Source: Candidatus Latescibacterota bacterium (GTDB lineage: Bacteria > Latescibacterota > UBA2968 > GCA-2709665). From it: 64,000 nucleotides of DNA. The notes under the pieces were generated by a model. It saw only the letters and a list, made by a program, of their open reading frames with translations. It made no database searches and had not been told where the DNA came from. Made by a program: the position numbers and the translations under genes. Of the stretch, positions 18,409-27,579 are shown in pieces (position 1 is the first letter of the stretch; every line of letters begins with the position of its first letter). Location: positions 4,576,001-4,640,000 of the forward strand of contig CBDCOX010000002.1 in the NCBI GenBank assembly GCA_965219995.1. The letters are read 5' to 3'.

Positions 18409-18692
18409 GCCCTACCGTGCGGAAAATCGACAAAGAGGAATATCAGAAGCGGCTGGACAGGATTACCGAACTGTTCGCAGGCATGATCGCCCACGCGGAT
18501 GAGCTTTCAACCGTACGGTGCCCGTATAAGAACCGTTTCGATGAGTGTACGGCGAAGTTCGGCTGCAGAAACCAGCGGAAGCCCCGCCCGGGCGGGACGC
18601 TGCTGATGTGCGGCGGAGACGACAAGCTCGACTATCGCGGCGCATGGGAGACGGAAGCGAAACCGGGTGCGTACTTCGGCAGCGAGGAGTAG
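18405..18692 (+). CDS. Small Cys-rich hypothetical protein
   Basis: GTG overlaps the upstream stop (GTGA) and the gene ends just before the next start. Contains 'RCPYKNRFDECTAKFGCRNQ...MCGGD'. Confidence 0.65.
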   Translation: MSPTVRKIDKEEYQKRLDRITELFAGMIAHADELSTVRCPYKNRFDECTAKFGCRNQRKPRPGGTLLMCGGDDKLDYRGAWETEAKPGAYFGSEE

Positions 18693-18693
18693 C

Positions 18694-20328
18694 GTGCTGG
18701 AAGGCCCGATGGGTACGATATCTCACGACGGGAAACGGAAGGAGCTTGCAGCCGGCAGGACCATCTTCGACTATGCGGATGAACTGGCGGTCCAGGTGCC
18801 CACCTCGTGCGGCCGCACCGGGCACTGTCACGAGTGCGTGGTTGAAATCAGGCGCGGCATGGACGCGCTGCGGCCCAGGAACGAGGTGGAGTCGTTCCTG
18901 CGGGAGCACTACCGCCTTGCGTGCCAGGCGGTGGTTGAAGACGACCGGGCCGATATCGAATTCTCGCCGTTGAGACGCAAGCCCAAGATTCTGGCAAGTA
19001 CGCTGGAAAAGTCGGTCGATCCGGACCCCCTGGTCACGCGCCGGGGGGACGTTGTCTATTACGACGACGTTGCCGTCGACAGGTATCGGGGCGGCCTTTA
19101 CGGCATCGCGATCGATCTGGGCACGACAACGGTGGTGATGGATCTCGTGGACCTGGAAACGGGGAGGAGCGTCCACGTCAGTTCATTCGAAAACCCGCAG
19201 CGTTTCGGCGGCAGCGACGTGATGCACCGCATCTCCTATGACGGGGAGTTTCAGGGCGAACTGCAGAAGGCGGTGGTCAATGCGATCAACCACGAAATCG
19301 TCGAACTCGGAAAACGCTTCGGCTTTGCCCGCCAGGAGATTTACGAGGTCGTTGTAGCGGGCAACTCCTCGATGCGGGATATCTTCTTCAGGCTGGACGT
19401 GCAAAGCATCGGCCAGCGACCGTACAAATCCGGTGTGGAGCGCGCCTATCTCAACGGCGAGCGGGAGACGACCTCCCTGCTGAAGGGTTCCCGGCGCCTC
19501 GGCGTGCGCGCCAATCCGAGGGCGATGGTCTACGGGATGCCGCTGATCGCCAGCCACGTGGGGGCGGACACCGCGGCCGACCTCGTTGCAATCGACCTGG
19601 CGTCTCAGGATGGTGTGGTGATGCTCGTGGACGTGGGGACCAACACCGAGGTTGTCGTGGGAAGTTCCGGCCGGCTGCTCACAGCCTCCTGTCCCGCCGG
19701 GCCCGCGTTCGAGGGCGGACTGGTCCGGTACGGGATGCCCGGACACGAAGGCGCCATTGAGTCGATCCGGCTGACGGACGACGGCTTCGAGTACCTGACA
19801 ATCGGACGCGTCGAACCGGAGGGAATTTGCGGGTCGGGGCTGATCGATCTGCTCGCGGAACTCCGGCGGCACGACCGAATGGCGCCCAAGGGCATGTTTG
19901 CCGGCAGGTCGTACGAGGTGCCGGTCGTTCCCGAGTACGGGATCACATTGTCCCGTGAAGACGCCAGCAACCTGGCCCAGGCCAAAGCCGCGAATTTCTG
20001 CGGGCAGTTCATCCTGATGCGACACCTCGGGATTGGACCGGAAGACGTAGACACGCTCTACCTGGCCGGCGGATTCGCGAATTACGTGAACGTAAGGAAC
20101 GCGATCGAGATCGGATTTCTGGCGCCGATCGCCGAAGACCGGGTCGTGAAGATCGGGAATGCCGCGGTCCAGGGCGCGCGCGAGGTGCTGCTTTCGCGCG
20201 AAAAACGGGCGTCCGTGGAAGCGCTGGTGAAGAAGATCGAACACGTCGAGCTCGAGACGACGCCGGACTTCTTCGAGGTGTTCGTGGAGGGCTGCCAGTT
20301 CAAGCCGATGCCGACTAGGCTAAATTAA
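18694..20328 (+). CDS. RamA/RACo-type ATP-dependent reductive activator of corrinoid proteins (ASKHA, DUF4445) with an N-terminal 2Fe-2S domain
   Basis: 'SCGRTGHCHEC...RLACQ', 'IDLGTTT', 'DVGTNTE', 'CPAGPAFEG', 'GICGSG' and 'LAGGF'. Confidence 0.92.
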   Translation: MLEGPMGTISHDGKRKELAAGRTIFDYADELAVQVPTSCGRTGHCHECVVEIRRGMDALRPRNEVESFLREHYRLACQAVVEDDRADIEFSPLRRKPKILASTLEKSVDPDPLVTRRGDVVYYDDVAVDRYRGGLYGIAIDLGTTTVVMDLVDLETGRSVHVSSFENPQRFGGSDVMHRISYDGEFQGELQKAVVNAINHEIVELGKRFGFARQEIYEVVVAGNSSMRDIFFRLDVQSIGQRPYKSGVERAYLNGERETTSLLKGSRRLGVRANPRAMVYGMPLIASHVGADTAADLVAIDLASQDGVVMLVDVGTNTEVVVGSSGRLLTASCPAGPAFEGGLVRYGMPGHEGAIESIRLTDDGFEYLTIGRVEPEGICGSGLIDLLAELRRHDRMAPKGMFAGRSYEVPVVPEYGITLSREDASNLAQAKAANFCGQFILMRHLGIGPEDVDTLYLAGGFANYVNVRNAIEIGFLAPIAEDRVVKIGNAAVQGAREVLLSREKRASVEALVKKIEHVELETTPDFFEVFVEGCQFKPMPTRLN

Positions 20329-20409
20329 AGCGGCGGTATGCTGGGTTGCCTTTGGGGAGAATCTCACGAAAGTCCGAACATTTCGCCCTGTCTGGGAGCG
20401 TCGATGTTC

Positions 20410-20577
20410 GTTGAGCATGTCGATACGTGGTCATTGAGCTTGTCGAAATGCCCGTGTTTCGTCACCCCTTAGAATGGCTCCAGGCGCACCAACGGGTGCC
20501 CTTTGCAGGTTTTCGCCGACCCTTCGACCCTTCGACAAGCTCAGGGCAACGCATGCTCAGGGAGCGGCTCAGGGCAC
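20410..20577. repeat. Cluster of TTCGACAAGCTCA-family palindromic repeats, partly nested
   Basis: ttgagcatgtcga, ttgagcttgtcgaaatg, and ccttcgac-ccttcgacaagctcagggcaacgc-atgctcagggagcg-gctcagggc. Confidence 0.75.
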
Positions 20578-20715
20578 AGTCGGTTCTTGTGCTTTTTTCA
20601 GACGTTGTACTTAGCTTGTTGACCGGCTGTTGGCCGGTCGACGCGCCGGCCGAATTCAGCGACGCCATATCCGCGACGGAAGACTAAAGTCACAACTAAA
20701 ATCGAGCACATTCGC

Positions 20716-22317
20716 ATGGCGATACATTCTGGAAAATCCGATCCGGACCGAGGGGACGGGGAGAAGCATACCCTGCGGCATCTGCTCGAGGAAACGGACG
20801 AATTTGTCGTCTGCGTGGAACTGGTCAATTCCCGCGGGGTGATCACCGAACGCCGCGGGCGGCAGGTTCTGGATCTCGCGCGGGCGCTTGCCGACCATCC
20901 GGGCGTGCACGCGCTGAGCATCACCGACAATCCGGGCGGAAACGCCACGAACAGTCCGGACACGATGGGGATCGACCTGCTGGGCCGGGGGCAGGAGGTG
21001 ATCATCCACATTTCGTGCAAGGACTGGAACCGGAACGCGTTGCTGAGCAGGGCCTGGGAACTGGCGAGCGGAGGATTCGAAAACGTGCTGGCGCTGTCGG
21101 GCGACTATCCCGCGGACGGATACCGCGGGCAGGCGGACGGCGTGTTCGATACCGATTCGGTGGGTCTGTTGAGGATGTTCTCGGAAATGAATTCGGGGAT
21201 GCGCCTCGGAGGCGGCAGGCGCGATCAGGTATTGCAACCCACACAATTCTTCCCGGGCGCGGTGGTCAACAACCACAAGAAATATGAGCGCGAGGTGATG
21301 CCGCAATATTTCAAACTTGCGAAAAAGATCCGGAACGGCGCCGGATTCATCATCAACCAGATCGGTTACGACGCCCGCAAACAGGACGAGTTGCTGAAGT
21401 ACATGGCCCTTCACGGTCTCCCCACGCCCGTGCTCGCCAACGTCTACGTGCTCAGCCCCGCGGCAGCCAGGTTTTTTCACGCGGACAACATCCCCGGCGT
21501 GATCGTAACCGACGAACTGCTTGCGCTCACGCAGAGGCATGCCCGTTCGCGAGACCGGGGCAGGGCCTTCTTTCTGGAATTCGCCGCCAGGCAGTGCGCC
21601 ATTGCCAGAGGACTGGGATATCGCGGCGTCTATCTTGGGGGACACCTGAAGTTCGAGGACTATGCGCGTATCCTTGAGATTCTTGGCGAATACGGAGACG
21701 AGGACTGGAAGGACTTTGTGGATGGGATTCTCTTCCGTCAGCCCGGGGAGTTCTTCTTCTTCGAACCCGATACGGAAACGAGGCTCAGTTCGAACGAGGT
21801 CAACCGCAAATACCGGCATTCGAAGCAACCCGACGTCCTGCGGGCCGCCAGGAGCCGGGTGTCCGCGGGCTACCGCTTGAATCGATTCGTCCATGAAAAT
21901 GTCTTCGAAAAGGAAAAGCCGGCCTTTCGTATCGGAAGAAAATTATTCGAGGCCATGGACCGCGCCGGAAGCGGCGTCCGGAGGGCCGCGCATGGCGCGG
22001 AGCAGGCGGTGAAGATCCTGGGCTTCGACTGCCGGGACTGCGGCGACTGTTCGCTGCCGGATATCGCGTTTCTCTGTCCCGAGTCGCAGTGCGTCAAGAA
22101 CCAGCGGAACGGACCGTGCGGCGGAACCCGCCGGGGCCGGTGCGAAGTGGGAGAAAAGGAATGCATCTGGTCGCTGGCCTACGAACGGCTCAAGGCATAC
22201 GGAGAGGAAGAGAAGATGCTGGACGGGCCAGTGGTCTTCAAGGACGGCGCCCTGAAAGGCACCAGCGCCTGGGCCAATGTATTTCTGGAGCGGGACCACC
22301 GCGCACGTACCAGATGA
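20716..22317 (+). CDS. metF: Methylenetetrahydrofolate reductase with a fused C-terminal Cys-rich MetV-like domain
   Basis: 'ITDNP', 'HISCKDWNR', 'LALSGD' and 'KIRNGAGFIINQIGYD'; C-terminal 'CRDCGDC...CP..QCVKNQRNGPCGG...CEV..KECIW'. Confidence 0.88.
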   Translation: MAIHSGKSDPDRGDGEKHTLRHLLEETDEFVVCVELVNSRGVITERRGRQVLDLARALADHPGVHALSITDNPGGNATNSPDTMGIDLLGRGQEVIIHISCKDWNRNALLSRAWELASGGFENVLALSGDYPADGYRGQADGVFDTDSVGLLRMFSEMNSGMRLGGGRRDQVLQPTQFFPGAVVNNHKKYEREVMPQYFKLAKKIRNGAGFIINQIGYDARKQDELLKYMALHGLPTPVLANVYVLSPAAARFFHADNIPGVIVTDELLALTQRHARSRDRGRAFFLEFAARQCAIARGLGYRGVYLGGHLKFEDYARILEILGEYGDEDWKDFVDGILFRQPGEFFFFEPDTETRLSSNEVNRKYRHSKQPDVLRAARSRVSAGYRLNRFVHENVFEKEKPAFRIGRKLFEAMDRAGSGVRRAAHGAEQAVKILGFDCRDCGDCSLPDIAFLCPESQCVKNQRNGPCGGTRRGRCEVGEKECIWSLAYERLKAYGEEEKMLDGPVVFKDGALKGTSAWANVFLERDHRARTR

Positions 22318-22327
22318 GGGGAACACT

Positions 22328-23374
22328 ATGCAACTGGATGGCAGGGCCGGCGAATTTGTCGTCATCGGCGAAAACATCCATACCACACGCGTTGTCCTGA
22401 GGAGAGGACGGCTCGTGGTGAAGAAACCCGGTGGAGGGGAGGCGGTCCGATTCTTCGACACACGGAAGCGACGCCGCTTTCTTGCCATTCCCCAGGATAT
22501 CCGGCAGACGCAGGACTACGAGGAGGGTCGGGTCAAACACGTCAAGATTGCCGTGCAGGCGGCGATGTCCGGTCAGTCGCCGCAGGCCGATGACGGGCTG
22601 GCCTATCTGCACCGGATGGTCCAGCGCCAGGTGGACGCGGGAGCGGACTATCTGGATCTGAACGTGGACGAAGTCTCGCTGCGTCTGAAGGAGCAGAAGA
22701 AAGCCATGCGGTGGCTGGTGGGCGTCGTACAGAAGATAAGCCCGATTCCGATATCGGTGGACTCCTCCAACGTGGAAACGATCGGGGACGGGCTCAATGC
22801 CTGCGACGGCCGGGCCGGACGGCCGCTGCTGAATTCGGCCTCGCTGGAGCGACTGGAGGCGCTGGACCTGGCCGTGAGGTACAACGCCCGGGTTGTCGTG
22901 ACCGCCGCAGGCGAAAGCGGGATGCCGCAGGACGCTGCGGACCGCGTCGCGAATGCGTCCCGCATGGTCGACGCGGCGCTGTCCAGGGGGATCGCGATCG
23001 AGGATGTTTTCGTGGATGCCCTGGTCTTTCCCATCTCCGTGGACGGGGGATTCGGCAACCACTGCTTCGAGGCCATCCGGACGCTGCGCGCGAATTTCGG
23101 CCCGGGGATTCACGTGACGGGCGGGTTCAGCAACGTCTCTTTCGGGCTGCCGTGCCGGCGCCTCATCAACGACGTGTTCACGATCCTCGCGGTCGAGGCC
23201 GGGGCGGACAGCGGGATCGTCGACCCGGCCATCAGCAGCCCGGAGCGCGTTTTCTCCATGGACCGGGAGACGGAACCCTACCGGCTTGCGGAAGACATGC
23301 TCCTGGGGCGGGATCGCATGTGCAAGAACTACCTGCGCGCGTATCGAAAGGGTACGCTGGACGCTTACCGTTAA
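22328..23374 (+). CDS. Pterin-binding methyltransferase (AcsE or MetH folate-domain-like)
   Basis: 'VIGENI', 'QVDAGADYLDLN', 'ISVDSS', 'LLNS', 'VDALVFPI' and 'GFSNVSFGLP'. Confidence 0.88.
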   Translation: MQLDGRAGEFVVIGENIHTTRVVLRRGRLVVKKPGGGEAVRFFDTRKRRRFLAIPQDIRQTQDYEEGRVKHVKIAVQAAMSGQSPQADDGLAYLHRMVQRQVDAGADYLDLNVDEVSLRLKEQKKAMRWLVGVVQKISPIPISVDSSNVETIGDGLNACDGRAGRPLLNSASLERLEALDLAVRYNARVVVTAAGESGMPQDAADRVANASRMVDAALSRGIAIEDVFVDALVFPISVDGGFGNHCFEAIRTLRANFGPGIHVTGGFSNVSFGLPCRRLINDVFTILAVEAGADSGIVDPAISSPERVFSMDRETEPYRLAEDMLLGRDRMCKNYLRAYRKGTLDAYR

Positions 23375-23399
23375 CGAATCGGGGAGGATCCGGGAGGAG

Positions 23400-24461
23400 A
23401 TGAAGACATTTCTGGACAGGCTGGAAGATTCCAGCCCTATGGTTTACGACGGAGGATTCGGTTCGGAACTGTTCAAAGGGCGTATCGAACTGACGAACAG
23501 CGCGCTCGCAAACGAACTGCATCCGGACGCGGTGGTCGATATCCACTCCGCCTATATCGCAGCGGGAACCGACGTCATCGGGACCAACACTTTCGTGGCG
23601 TCGCCACTGCATCTGGAGATGGCGGGCAAAGCGGGGAACGAGGCCGGCAAGATCGCCGGGCTGGCCGTGGAACACGCGAGAACGGCAATCGAACAGTGCG
23701 GCCGGGGGGTCCATGTTGCGGGCTCCGTCGGTCCGTCGCCGGGCGCTATCGAGTCGGACGCGGGCGATACGGTATTCGGTATTGCGGACAGGAAGGCGAG
23801 GGCGGCGCACGAGCAGGTCATCCATGCGCTGGCGGAGGCGGGGGTAGACCTGATCTGTATCGAGACCATGTTCTCCGCCAAAGAAGCCGCCATTGCGGCG
23901 GACATTGCCAGGAAGACCGGATTGCCCGTCGCAATCAATCTGACGTGCAAATACACGAAAGACCGGAAGACGGGCGAGGTGGTCTACCGGACGGACTGGG
24001 GGCATTCAGCGGATGACCTGCTGGATTTTCTGGGCTCCGGAGAGTTTTCAGGCGGAGAAAACCTGCTGGAGCACGTGCAAATCATCGGGATGAACTGCGG
24101 TGCGGAGACGCGCCGGGTGGAGCATACCGGGATGCCATACGCAATCAACGGGATGCGGCAGTTCACGGATGCAATGTCCGCGCGGGGCGTCAACGGGATC
24201 AGGTTGATGGCCTATCCCAACGCGGGGCTCCCGCAGCTGGAGAGAAAGACAGGACGGACGACGTATTCGCAGACCGAGGAGGAAATGGCGCATTGTGTTC
24301 CGGAATTGATCGGCGCGGGTGCCTTCATCGTCGGAGGGTGTTGCGGGACGGGGCCGTCGCATATCCGCGCTATACACGGGATGTTGAACGGCGGGGCCGC
24401 CAATGACGGAAAAGCCTGGCGTTCGGCTGGCGCCCGAGAACTGACAAATGGGCGGGACTGA
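23400..24461 (+). CDS. Homocysteine S-methyltransferase domain protein (stand-alone MetH N-terminal module)
   Basis: 'YDGGFGSEL', 'TNTF', 'AGSVGP', 'IETM', 'GMNC', 'YPNAGLP' and 'GGCCGT'; RBS GGAGGAG. Confidence 0.9.
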   Translation: MKTFLDRLEDSSPMVYDGGFGSELFKGRIELTNSALANELHPDAVVDIHSAYIAAGTDVIGTNTFVASPLHLEMAGKAGNEAGKIAGLAVEHARTAIEQCGRGVHVAGSVGPSPGAIESDAGDTVFGIADRKARAAHEQVIHALAEAGVDLICIETMFSAKEAAIAADIARKTGLPVAINLTCKYTKDRKTGEVVYRTDWGHSADDLLDFLGSGEFSGGENLLEHVQIIGMNCGAETRRVEHTGMPYAINGMRQFTDAMSARGVNGIRLMAYPNAGLPQLERKTGRTTYSQTEEEMAHCVPELIGAGAFIVGGCCGTGPSHIRAIHGMLNGGAANDGKAWRSAGARELTNGRD

Positions 24462-24482
24462 CAGAGCGCGAAAGGGTGACAC

Positions 24483-24749
24483 GTGGCCGAGTACCAGGTG
24501 CTCTACTGGAAGGAAATCCCCGCCCAGGTGCGGGTTTTCGACGGGAAGCGGCGCGTCGCGCGGCAGATGCCCCCGGAGTTTCAGGAGGCGATCGACCGGC
24601 GGGCGATGCAGGAAGGGCTGGCCGGAACCGACGCGTACCTGGCGCATTGGCAATGGAGTGAACGTCGCGAGCGCCGAGGCGACCCGCAGGAAATCCTGGA
24701 GGCGGTTATGGAAGAACTCGAACGGACGTACGGCGAACGGGCAGGATAA
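24483..24749 (+). CDS. 'Virulence factor' (Virulence_fact-like) small protein
   Basis: 'YWKEIPAQV...FQEAIDRRAM..G...TDAYLAHW' signature. Confidence 0.8.
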   Translation: MAEYQVLYWKEIPAQVRVFDGKRRVARQMPPEFQEAIDRRAMQEGLAGTDAYLAHWQWSERRERRGDPQEILEAVMEELERTYGERAG

Positions 24750-24786
24750 ACCGCAGCGCGCCCGACAGGTTTCTGGAGGCAAGGAG

Positions 24787-24815
24787 AGAGCCGGAGTTTC
24801 CGGCTCTTTTTGTTT
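24787..24815 (+). terminator. Intrinsic terminator ending the methyltransferase operon
   Basis: AGAGCCGGA-GTT-TCCGGCTCT followed by TTTTGTTT. Confidence 0.8.
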
Positions 24816-24835
24816 AACGGCGAACGTCGTACTCG

Positions 24836-26419
24836 CTACAACACGCCTGCCCCCTGAACGGGAGACGCGACCGTGAGCCTTTCCCGGACCCTGCGTGGCT
24901 CATAGTACCTGCCGCGCATGGCATCGATGATGTCCTGCACGCCGTCAGATCCGACCAGGACCATCATGCTTCCGCCCAGGCCGGCGCCGGATATCTGCGC
25001 GCCCACCGCGCCCGCATCCAGGGCAATGTCGACCATTTCATCGATCTCCGGGATGCTGCAATTGTAGTCGCCCGGTTGCATGTGGAGGTCTTTTGCCGGG
25101 TCGAATCGCGGCGCGTTCATGTCGATGCGGTCGCCGTCGTGCGAGACGTTCATCAACTCGCCGTAGAGGTCCACCCGGTTCCGGTTCAGGACGTCCTTGA
25201 GATCTCTGCTTCGCGCGGATTCGGCGATACCGTAGGCAATGACCATCCGGATATGGTATCCGCCGGCCGGTTCCTCGTGGGTGGCGAACTGCTGCTCGAG
25301 AAACGTCTCTTCGCCCGGCAACCGGCGCAGGAGCTCCCGGCGGTCGATCCGTTCCGGCAGAGACGCTATCAGCGCGTAGATTTCCGGTTGGGCGAGGCAT
25401 TCAACCACGTCGCCCAGGTGGAATTTCTTCTCGACGTCCAGATCCTTTCTGTCCGCCACGACCCTTCGGATCGATTCGGGATGGCGCGCTTCCAGGCCGT
25501 TTCGAAGAAAGACCTCTCCGATCTCGTACGTTGCGGTCTTTTCGTTGAATTTCTGGCCGGCCGATCCGGTCTTGTTGGCCTGGATTCCCGAGTCGAAGAT
25601 GATGATCTGATAGCCGTCCGGAAACGGCAGATAGGCGTCGATCAACAATTCCGGCAGGGTTTTCATATGGGTAATTCTACCCAGCCGGCCGCACTTGATC
25701 GCGGCGTGGTCGCCGAAACCGCCGCGTGTTCCGACGTACCATTCCGAGGTGCCCGCGTATCTCACGAACTGCCCGTCGTCCAGGACGATATCGTTGACGT
25801 GCGTCATGATCTCCGTCGTCGCGACGACAACCGCGGACGAAGAACTCAGGCCGCCCATGTCCGGCAGGCTGCTGCCCATGACTCCGTCGAATCCGCGCAG
25901 TTTCCTGCCGGGATAGCGGGTGTGCAGGTATGCCGGCGGCGCCTGCAGTTTGGTAATCCAGTCCTCGTTGACACCGGCGGCCTTGCGTTCGTCGGTCTTT
26001 TCCTGCGTCCACTCCAGCCACTCGGCATCGGTACGGATCGGCGAGTCCGGGCAGATTTCCGGCAGATGAAAACGACGGGTCCCGTAAGCCGGATCCAGAT
26101 TGTGCACCTCGACCTGATCGTCGTCTCTTCCGGAGTAACAGATGAGAATCTCTTTGTCAAGGGAAATGGGGTTGATGAAGGCGCCCCGGTGGTCGGCGTG
26201 CATCCCAACCGTGTTCAACCGGCCCGGCGCCCTGACGAAACCGACGTCTCTCTCACCGAAGATCTCCCTGAATCGCATCGCGGTCGCCAGGAGGGCGCCG
26301 AGACGTTCTTCGACAAGCTCCTCGCTGTCGCCGTAGACGGACCGAAGGCGGGAGATCAGATCATCGTTCCGGCCCCGAATCGCACGGACCCACTCAGGCG
26401 TGTTCTTCTGTCCGATCAT
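24836..26419 (-). CDS. GHMP-family anomeric sugar kinase (galactokinase/GalNAc-kinase-like)
   Basis: 'RAPGRLNTVGMHADH', 'P.MGGLSSSSA' and 'GAQISGAGLGGS'. Confidence 0.85.
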   Translation of the reverse strand: MIGQKNTPEWVRAIRGRNDDLISRLRSVYGDSEELVEERLGALLATAMRFREIFGERDVGFVRAPGRLNTVGMHADHRGAFINPISLDKEILICYSGRDDDQVEVHNLDPAYGTRRFHLPEICPDSPIRTDAEWLEWTQEKTDERKAAGVNEDWITKLQAPPAYLHTRYPGRKLRGFDGVMGSSLPDMGGLSSSSAVVVATTEIMTHVNDIVLDDGQFVRYAGTSEWYVGTRGGFGDHAAIKCGRLGRITHMKTLPELLIDAYLPFPDGYQIIIFDSGIQANKTGSAGQKFNEKTATYEIGEVFLRNGLEARHPESIRRVVADRKDLDVEKKFHLGDVVECLAQPEIYALIASLPERIDRRELLRRLPGEETFLEQQFATHEEPAGGYHIRMVIAYGIAESARSRDLKDVLNRNRVDLYGELMNVSHDGDRIDMNAPRFDPAKDLHMQPGDYNCSIPEIDEMVDIALDAGAVGAQISGAGLGGSMMVLVGSDGVQDIIDAMRGRYYEPRRVRERLTVASPVQGAGVL

Positions 26420-26604
26420 TCATCCGTCCTTCCGGAATCGGGCGCCTGCAACCGGGTCTGTTTGCGCCGGTGTCCTGGACGCCATCTGACGCGCCATGGG
26501 CTGAGAAGCTGTGAAAAGAGAAAACGACAACGCTTCCAAACCACTCGAGAGGCGTTGCCGTTCTGTTCCGCAAAGATGCCGCCGAACCTCGCCGGGAAAG
26601 CGAA

Positions 26605-27576
26605 TTACAGCTTGTCCGGATCGAAGATGCCTTTCTGCGTGTCCACGACCCGCTCGGACCGGGTCTTGAACATCGTGCCGGCCGGATAATATCCTGCTTT
26701 GACGTAAGCAAGGCCGTAGGAGATGCACATGGGCCCCAGCAATGTGCCGGGATCCGTGAGAGACTCGCAAGCCAGTTGCGTCCTGTCGCCGAGAACGACG
26801 CCCATCTTGGACCCGCCCAGGTCGTACCATTTGTCGTTGATGACGACCTTCAGATTGACGCGTTTGTCGCGTTCCCGAACGCCCTGGATGATGCCCAGGT
26901 TCGCGGCCGTGGCCTGGTTGCCGAAGTGGGTGGCGTACCCGCAGAGACTGTCGCCGAGATACGAGGGATGGGGGAAATTCGCCTCGTCGAGCATGAGGAC
27001 GTTCTTGATTTCGCCCCGAATGGCGTTGTCGCCCTGTTTCTTGTGACCGCCCAGGATGATATTGCCCCGGAGATAGGCGCCCTGTCGGATTTCGTTATTC
27101 GGTCCGATGATCGTGGGTCCCTTGACGCCCGCAGTGGGCTCGATAACGGCGCCCTCCCCGACGTAGACGTCGCCGCCGTCCAGGTAGATGACCGCGCCGA
27201 CCACCTTTGCTCCTCTTGCAACGTATAGCGTGTGGCCCTCGCCGTCGAGGGATCCGTGCACGAAGAGCGGTTCGCAGACGGCGCCGGGCTCGACCAGCAC
27301 CGTGTAGTTTCCGATTCCGGACAGGCCGGTCCGTTCTTCCACGCCCCGGGCGGAACCGATTTTCTCCGCCAGCCATTCCGTGGCGTATTTTTCGATTCCG
27401 TCTTTGCCGATGAGGTCGACGACGGACCTGGCGCCGTCGACCAGCGCCCGGTGCTCGAACGGGTATCTGTCGAGATCGAAGAAGTTGGACGGTCTCAACT
27501 CGCCGGGGACCTCGTCCGCCGCCAGTTCGGTTACAATGACCGGATCGTCCTTCGTGCCGGTTCCATTCATGGCCAT
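26605..27576 (-). CDS. Left-handed beta-helix (GlmU acetyltransferase-like) protein
   Basis: Hexapeptide repeats 'VYVGEGAVIEPTAGVKGPTIIGPNNEIRQGAYLRG', 'EIKN', 'HPSYLGDS' and 'KMGVVLGD'. No nucleotidyltransferase domain visible. Confidence 0.8.
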   Translation of the reverse strand: MAMNGTGTKDDPVIVTELAADEVPGELRPSNFFDLDRYPFEHRALVDGARSVVDLIGKDGIEKYATEWLAEKIGSARGVEERTGLSGIGNYTVLVEPGAVCEPLFVHGSLDGEGHTLYVARGAKVVGAVIYLDGGDVYVGEGAVIEPTAGVKGPTIIGPNNEIRQGAYLRGNIILGGHKKQGDNAIRGEIKNVLMLDEANFPHPSYLGDSLCGYATHFGNQATAANLGIIQGVRERDKRVNLKVVINDKWYDLGGSKMGVVLGDRTQLACESLTDPGTLLGPMCISYGLAYVKAGYYPAGTMFKTRSERVVDTQKGIFDPDKL

Positions 27577-27579
27577 CAC

